DNA of 32,000 nucleotides from Candidatus Arthromitus sp. SFB-mouse-Japan (GTDB lineage Bacteria; Bacillota; Clostridia; Clostridiales; Clostridiaceae): NCBI RefSeq assembly GCF_000270205.1, contig NC_015913.1, positions 1,111,084 to 1,143,083 of the forward strand, read 5' to 3'. Shown piece by piece: positions 26,712 to 32,000 of this stretch (position 1 is its first letter; each line of letters starts with the position of its first letter). The notes under the pieces were generated by a model. It saw only the letters and a program-made list of their open reading frames with translations, ran no database searches and was not told where the DNA came from. The position numbers and the translations under genes were made by a program.

Positions 26712-29369
26712 TTAAAACTTAGACTTAAAATTTGCAATACTTTTATCTACTTCCTCAACCATAGATTCATATTTTCTAAGCTTATCTTTCTCTTCTTTTA
26801 TAACTTTTTCTGGAGCCTTACTCACAAATCCTTGATTTGATAATTTATTATTCAAACGCTCAATTTCTTTATCCAATTTATCCTTCTCTTTAGATAAACG
26901 ATCAAGCTCCTTATTAATATCAACTAAATCTAACAACGGAACATACATATTTGAAGATGATGAAACAACCGTCACTACTTTATTAGAATTTACAAGTTCT
27001 TCATCAATCTTCGAAACAATTTCTATATCTTTTGATAAACCCAACTTTTCTATATAAATCAAAGACTCTACATAAATATCTCTAAAATTACCCTTAGGAA
27101 CAATATAAAGTTTTGCCTTCTTTGACGGTGGTATATTCATTTGTGATCTTAGATTTCTTATAGCTCTAATTGATTCTATAACATAATTCATATTATCTTC
27201 AAATTCGTTAAAATTTAAATTATTATCAAATACAGGAAAATTAGACGTAGTTATAAATTCATTATCAAAATCTTTTAAATTTACATACAATTTTTCTGTT
27301 ATAAAAGGCATCACTGGATGCAATAATTTCAATGAATCTATCAAAACTCTCCTTAATACTCTCAGAGTAACTCCTTTTTGCTTCTCACTTTCACCATGTA
27401 AAATAATCTTTGATAACTCTATATACCAATCACAAAACTCGGTCCATATAAAATCATAAATCTTAGATAATCCAACACCAAGCTCAAACCTTTCAAAATT
27501 ATTTGTAACTTCATCTACTAATGTATTTAATTTATTCAAAATCCATTTATCAGCTAAACTATATTCATTGCAATCCTTATACTTCTCAATTAATTCTTCA
27601 TCCAAATTCATCATGACAAACTTAGAAGCATTCCATATCTTGTTTGCAAAATTAGATGCAGATTCAACCTTTTCTTCGATATATCTAATATCATTTCCTG
27701 GTGAAATTCCATTTATAAGCATAAATCTTAAGGCATCTGCCCCATATTTTTCAATTACATCCATAGGATCGACTCCATTATCGAGAGACTTCGACATCTT
27801 TCTTCCTTGAGAATCTCTTATAATTCCATGTATAAATACTTTTCTAAAAGGAACTTCTCCCATATTATGTAATCCTGAAAAAATCATCCTAGCAACCCAG
27901 AAAAATATAATATCGTATCCTGTTACTAAAGTTTCATTTGGATAAAAATACTTAAGATCTTCTGTTTCGTTCGGCCAACCCAAAATAGAAAATGGCCACA
28001 AAGCTGAACTAAACCAAGTATCTAGTACATCTTCATCTTGATAAATTTCTGTTGATGAACACTTATCACATTTATCCAAATCATCAGAAGAAACCATAAC
28101 GTTATCACAATCTTTACAATAAAAAACAGGAATTCTATGTCCCCACCAAAGCTGTCTAGAAATACACCAATCTTTAATATTTTCCATCCAATTAAAATAT
28201 ATCTTTTCGAATCTCTCTGGTATAAAAGAAATTTCCTTATTTTTAACACATTCTATTGCCGGCTTCGCAAGTTCCTCCATCTTAAGATACCATTGAGTAG
28301 AAATAATAGGCTCAATAATTGTTCCACACCTATCATGACAACTCACATTATGATCATGATCTCTTATGGATAATAAGAATCCTTTCTTCTGCAAATCCTC
28401 AACTATTCTCTCACGGGCATCATATCTATACAAACCTTCATACTCAAAACCATTTTCATTTACACAGGCCTTTTCATCTAGCACTCTAATTTGTGGTAAA
28501 TTATGTCTTAGACCAACTTCATAATCATTCGGATCATGAGCTGGAGTTACTTTAACAACCCCTGTACCAAATTCCATATCTACATATGAATCTGCTATAA
28601 CAGGAATTTTTCTACCAACAAGAGGTAGAATAACATTCATTCCTATATACTTTTTATATCTAACATCATCTGGATGAACCATAACAGCAACATCTCCGAG
28701 AAGAGTTTCTGGTCTAGTAGTAGCAATTTCTAAATATCCATCTCCGATCTCTAATGGATACTTAATATGCCAAAACTTACCTTTCATTTCTTTATATTCA
28801 ATTTCTGCATCAGAAAGGGCTGTTGTACACTTTGGACACCAGTTTGTAATTCTATTCCCTTGATATATGTATCCTTGATTATATAACTTTACAAAAACCT
28901 CTCTAACAGCTTTGCTCAAGTTATTATCCATTGTAAAAGCTTCTCTTGAGAAATCACAAGACGTCCCTATCGTTTCAATTTGCTTACGTATTTTTGCCCT
29001 ATATTCATCTGTCCATTCCCAAACTCTATCTAAAAACTTTTCACGTCCCAAATCATATTTCTTTATTCCATTCTTTAAAAGTTCATTATCAACTCTTACT
29101 TCAGTTGCAATGCTCGCATGGTCTTCTCCTGGAACCCATAAAGCCTCAAAGCCTTGCATCCTTTTAAAACGTATCAAAATATCTTGCAACGTTAAATCCA
29201 AAGCATGACCCAAGTGCAACTTGCCTGTTATATTTGGAGGAGGCATTGATATAACATAAGGCCTTTTATCTTCATTAACCCTAGCCCTAAACAAATCATT
29301 TTTCTGCCAAGTATCAAAAATATCTTTTTCAAACTCTACGGGACTATACTTACCTAATTCTTCTCTCAT
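26712..29369 (-). CDS. valS: valine--tRNA ligase
   Basis: 885 aa. HIGH-type PPNITGKLHLGHAL, KMSKS (GRKMSKSLDNG), an editing-domain insert and a C-terminal coiled coil. GGAGGG RBS. Confidence 0.97.
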   Translation of the reverse strand: MREELGKYSPVEFEKDIFDTWQKNDLFRARVNEDKRPYVISMPPPNITGKLHLGHALDLTLQDILIRFKRMQGFEALWVPGEDHASIATEVRVDNELLKNGIKKYDLGREKFLDRVWEWTDEYRAKIRKQIETIGTSCDFSREAFTMDNNLSKAVREVFVKLYNQGYIYQGNRITNWCPKCTTALSDAEIEYKEMKGKFWHIKYPLEIGDGYLEIATTRPETLLGDVAVMVHPDDVRYKKYIGMNVILPLVGRKIPVIADSYVDMEFGTGVVKVTPAHDPNDYEVGLRHNLPQIRVLDEKACVNENGFEYEGLYRYDARERIVEDLQKKGFLLSIRDHDHNVSCHDRCGTIIEPIISTQWYLKMEELAKPAIECVKNKEISFIPERFEKIYFNWMENIKDWCISRQLWWGHRIPVFYCKDCDNVMVSSDDLDKCDKCSSTEIYQDEDVLDTWFSSALWPFSILGWPNETEDLKYFYPNETLVTGYDIIFFWVARMIFSGLHNMGEVPFRKVFIHGIIRDSQGRKMSKSLDNGVDPMDVIEKYGADALRFMLINGISPGNDIRYIEEKVESASNFANKIWNASKFVMMNLDEELIEKYKDCNEYSLADKWILNKLNTLVDEVTNNFERFELGVGLSKIYDFIWTEFCDWYIELSKIILHGESEKQKGVTLRVLRRVLIDSLKLLHPVMPFITEKLYVNLKDFDNEFITTSNFPVFDNNLNFNEFEDNMNYVIESIRAIRNLRSQMNIPPSKKAKLYIVPKGNFRDIYVESLIYIEKLGLSKDIEIVSKIDEELVNSNKVVTVVSSSSNMYVPLLDLVDINKELDRLSKEKDKLDKEIERLNNKLSNQGFVSKAPEKVIKEEKDKLRKYESMVEEVDKSIANFKSKF

Positions 29370-29425
29370 TTAACCCTCCGTAAACTTCATAATTATCACT
29401 AATTTTTTTCTTCTACATTATCAAT

Positions 29426-29453
29426 ATTTTATCACATAGTATATCATTGTCAA
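29426..29453 (-). promoter_or_regulatory. predicted valS promoter (TTGACA-16-TAAAAT)
   Basis: On the minus strand, TTGACA is at 29448-29453 and TAAAAT at 29426-29431. The leader is ~50 nt. Confidence 0.5.
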
Positions 29454-29531
29454 AAATATTTATATGTTAAACTGAATAATCAAGGTAATTTTTGGAATAA
29501 TAATATTAAGTTTAACAAGAGGTGATTAATT

Positions 29532-29894
29532 TTGGATTTTTACTTTAAAAAGGCGAATGATTATTACAATAAAAAAGATTACAAGAAGGCAATCTCATTA
29601 TATAAAAAATCTATTCAACACCAAGGAAGTGAAGCATGCTCACTTTATAATTCTGCAGTTTGCTACATAAAATTAAAAGAATATGATGAGGCAATTAATT
29701 TATTAAAACAGGCTCTTGAAATAAAACTTGACCATAAGTACCTATTTAATTTGGCTTATTGTTACTCACTACTTGGTGATAATGCAAAAGCTCTTACATA
29801 TTTTAATTGGTCATGGGCTATTAATAATGATGACTATGAATGCAAAAAAGCAATATCTATGATTTTAGATTCATTCGATAAAACTAAAAAATAA
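29532..29894 (+). CDS. tetratricopeptide-repeat protein
   Basis: TTG start with GAGGTGA 7 nt upstream. Three 34-aa TPR-like units (A..Y...Y..AI..Y..A). Confidence 0.6.
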   Translation: MDFYFKKANDYYNKKDYKKAISLYKKSIQHQGSEACSLYNSAVCYIKLKEYDEAINLLKQALEIKLDHKYLFNLAYCYSLLGDNAKALTYFNWSWAINNDDYECKKAISMILDSFDKTKK

Positions 29895-29901
29895 AAATAA
29901 A

Positions 29902-29935
29902 AGGGTAGTCTTAATCCCCCAATTAAAACTACCCT
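29902..29935. terminator. hairpin between convergent genes
   Basis: 14-bp stem agggtagtcttaat/attaaaactaccct (one mismatch), loop ccccca. T-rich on the minus-strand side. Confidence 0.6.
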
Positions 29936-29946
29936 ATAATTATATT

Positions 29947-31107
29947 TTAAACTGAAAATTCCCATATAACTCTTTCCCTTATGTGATCTTGTTCAAAATT
30001 ATTAATATCAAAATAGTTGCCTGTCTCACCAAATGTAGTATCAACTTCAATCCAAGAATCTGATTCATCAATGTAAACCTCATTCCAAGCATGGTTTATC
30101 CAACTAGTTCCATTGTATCCTTTACCAACCACAATACGAGTTGGCAACTGTATACTTTCTGCAAGTACAGAATAAAGGCTCGCATAGTCAAAACAAATTC
30201 CCAATTTGCTTTCAAATGCAGAAATAGCTCCAGATAAATTACTGAAATCTTCATTTAATATATCATTTGATTTTTCCTCATCATATTCAAGCATATTTAT
30301 CACATCATCATATAATTTTCTCGCCTTATCATAAGAGTTAACTAGTCCTTTCGTACTTTGTACAGCAAATTCTACAATTTCATCAGTACTTCTTGTTGCC
30401 TCATCTATCGTAACTCCATTATACAAATACTTTATGTTATTTGACCTAATATCATTAAATGTATCTAAAATAGGATTAAAAATATTAAGCATGATCTCAT
30501 TTAAATCATACTTAAATGGAACTATAATTCTATTAGATATACTTTTATATAAGTTAGATGAATTTATAAGTTTATTAATCTTATTATTCTCTGTCAAAAA
30601 CATGGAAAATGTATTAAGAGCGAAAATAAAAATTAATACAATAAGAATTGCTTTTGGAGCTTTTATAATTCCAAATACTACATATCTAAATATATTTGGA
30701 AGTTGAAATAAAAACTTATGAGATTTAATAACCATGTTTTTAAACAATATAATATGAATACACCTACATATTAAATTATAAATCATAAATACTAAAACGA
30801 ATAATCCTACCTTCAATATAAATCCAATCAATGTATTATCTGCACGATTTATATTAAAAACATTCAAAACCAAATAATATAATTCATAAGCAATAATATC
30901 ATAAGATAAATAAACAAGATAAATAGAAATTACATTTATATAAAATCCAATATCACGAAAAATATATTGTAACTTATTATACTTAACAATTCCTCTAAAC
31001 AAAGTAAAAATAAACAATACCACAATAAAAATAGATATAATACCATTGTCTAAGGTATCTATTAATAAATTAAACAACCCGTAATCCCCTTTAAAGTAGA
31101 CATCCAA
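29947..31107 (-). CDS. polytopic membrane protein with C-terminal transglutaminase-like (Cys-His-Asp) core
   Basis: About five N-terminal hydrophobic helices. GICFDYASL...HAWNEVY...EVDTT matches the transglutaminase-like core. The TTG start has no clear SD, so the start is uncertain. Confidence 0.7.
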   Translation of the reverse strand: MDVYFKGDYGLFNLLIDTLDNGIISIFIVVLFIFTLFRGIVKYNKLQYIFRDIGFYINVISIYLVYLSYDIIAYELYYLVLNVFNINRADNTLIGFILKVGLFVLVFMIYNLICRCIHIILFKNMVIKSHKFLFQLPNIFRYVVFGIIKAPKAILIVLIFIFALNTFSMFLTENNKINKLINSSNLYKSISNRIIVPFKYDLNEIMLNIFNPILDTFNDIRSNNIKYLYNGVTIDEATRSTDEIVEFAVQSTKGLVNSYDKARKLYDDVINMLEYDEEKSNDILNEDFSNLSGAISAFESKLGICFDYASLYSVLAESIQLPTRIVVGKGYNGTSWINHAWNEVYIDESDSWIEVDTTFGETGNYFDINNFEQDHIRERVIWEFSV

Positions 31108-31121
31108 TGTAACAAAATCAT

Positions 31122-31586
31122 CTAATTTTTCAAATAAACTTGATCTATTATTTTAGTCGCTAAGTCATAATCATATCCTTTTCCAATTAGGTGACAAAAT
31201 AGCTTGTGTCTAATTTTAAATACCTCAAATTTATCTTTAATTACATCATACTTCTTTTGACATATCTTAACGCCTATTTCTATCTTTTGTTCATCAGATA
31301 TTTTTGAAAATTCCGCCTTTAAAAATTCATTATCTAATCCCTTAAGAATTAAATCAAAAAATATTTTCTTTTCACCATACTTTAATAAGTTCTTATTTAT
31401 GTAATTTCTAGCATATCTGTAATCATTTATAAAGTTGTACTCCAACAAGTATTTGATTACATCATCTGCTACATTTGGATCAACACATTTATCCAAAAGA
31501 TACTTTTTCATTTCTTTTTGCGTTTTGTCATACCGATTTAATAACTTTAATGCTAAGTTTTTCGCAATTATAAATTCTCTACTCAT
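31122..31586 (-). CDS. recX: RecX family regulatory protein
   Basis: Repeated three-helix units, e.g. AKNLALKLLNRYDKTQKEMKKYLLDKCVDPNVADDVIKYLLEYNFINDYRYARNYI, typical of RecX. Starts 2 nt after the upstream stop. Confidence 0.7.
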   Translation of the reverse strand: MSREFIIAKNLALKLLNRYDKTQKEMKKYLLDKCVDPNVADDVIKYLLEYNFINDYRYARNYINKNLLKYGEKKIFFDLILKGLDNEFLKAEFSKISDEQKIEIGVKICQKKYDVIKDKFEVFKIRHKLFCHLIGKGYDYDLATKIIDQVYLKN

Positions 31587-31588
31587 AA

Positions 31589-32000
31589 CTATTTTCCTTT
31601 AAGAATATGAACTGTTGGATTATTAAAATACTTTTTGCAAACTTCCATTATTTGTCGCTTATTAATATTCCCTATTTTTTCCAAATCTTCCATATATGAT
31701 TCAATATTTTTATCATAAAGTAGTTTATCTATTAAATACAATCCAAGTTTTCTATTATCTTCAAGAATTGAATATATAGCTATCAATTGTAGCTTTTTCA
31801 TCAAATTTAAATTATAATAATCAAAATTATAACTGCAATTCTTTATTTCTAATATACATTCATCTATAATTTTCCTAGCTCTATCTATGTTCTCCTTACC
31901 AGTCGTACAAAAAATATACATCCCCTTAAATTCGTCACTAATTTCTAATTGTGTATAAATATCATAAGCCAGCCCTTCTTCATCTCTTACTTTCTTAAAT
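31589..32000 (-). CDS. M16 (insulinase-like) peptidase, C-terminal part (partial; 5' end beyond window)
   Basis: The frame stays open upstream of the track's M at 31921 as far as position 32000 (..FKKVRDEEGLAYDIYTQLEISDEFKGMYIF..). The GLAY..Y......G...I pattern is typical of the M16 C-terminal domain. Confidence 0.6.
   Translation of the reverse strand, partial: FKKVRDEEGLAYDIYTQLEISDEFKGMYIFCTTGKENIDRARKIIDECILEIKNCSYNFDYYNLNLMKKLQLIAIYSILEDNRKLGLYLIDKLLYDKNIESYMEDLEKIGNINKRQIMEVCKKYFNNPTVHILKGK

Noticed and set aside
27568-29208. Small ORFs overlapping valS (27568-27810, 28022-28249, 28137-28373, 28912-29208, 28946-29167)
   Set aside because: They lie within an unambiguous 885-aa valS frame and have no RBS. 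They are typical spurious ORFs in AT-rich antisense or alternative frames. The same reasoning covers 4812-5006, 5877-6095, 6897-7139, 7018-7209, 7422-7646, 17655-17867, 21287-21536 and 30434-30706.
29370-29531. T-box leader upstream of valS, and a lysine riboswitch upstream of dapH (20948-21092)
   Set aside because: The predicted valS leader is only ~50 nt, and the dapH intergenic region is ~145 nt. Both are too short, and I found no T-box or L-box conserved cores in either.

Overview
Strongly AT-rich, Firmicutes/Clostridia-like chromosomal segment, with SD-type RBSs, frequent TTG/GTG starts, hairpin+T terminators and a spore-cortex-type deacetylase. I saw no rRNA, tRNA, CRISPR, transposase or integrase. 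Housekeeping genes are valS, dapH, a class-I aminotransferase, a CobO-type adenosyltransferase, a D-2-hydroxyacid dehydrogenase, a two-OB-fold SSB-like protein, a PdaB-like deacetylase, recX, a partial M16 peptidase, a transglutaminase-like membrane protein, a DsbA-like protein and a DUF218 protein. About half the window encodes three families of Sec-exported accessory proteins. (1) At 1-6.4 kb: tandem mosaic paralogues with FN3-like modules and C-terminal DUF4214-type repeats. A further DUF4214 protein, fused to a class-A beta-lactamase-like domain, lies at 25.1-26.6 kb. (2) At 7.9-10.3 kb: three small, disordered, Pro/Ser/Thr/Lys-rich secreted proteins. Their only recognisable content is eukaryote-type short linear motifs: EPIYA-like, ITIM-like, YEEI and YxN tyrosine motifs, P-T-x-x-P-R SH3-type boxes, polyproline tracts and an exact thymosin-beta4/WH2 LKKTET box. 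This is my top candidate for something undescribed, namely a host-signalling/actin-directed effector-like module in a Gram-positive genome. (3) At 12.2-19.0 kb: five tandem paralogues (three intact, two decayed) of Ser/Thr-rich, mucin-like secreted proteins. They share a distinctive K-x(3-4)-Y-[SG]-G-x-L-C signal peptide, their own (mostly extended) -10 promoters and recycled terminator hairpins. They also carry near-identical internal tandem repeats, including a repeated amphipathic-helix + KLKV motif. All functional readings of families 2 and 3 are inferred from motifs read by eye, not from homology searches.
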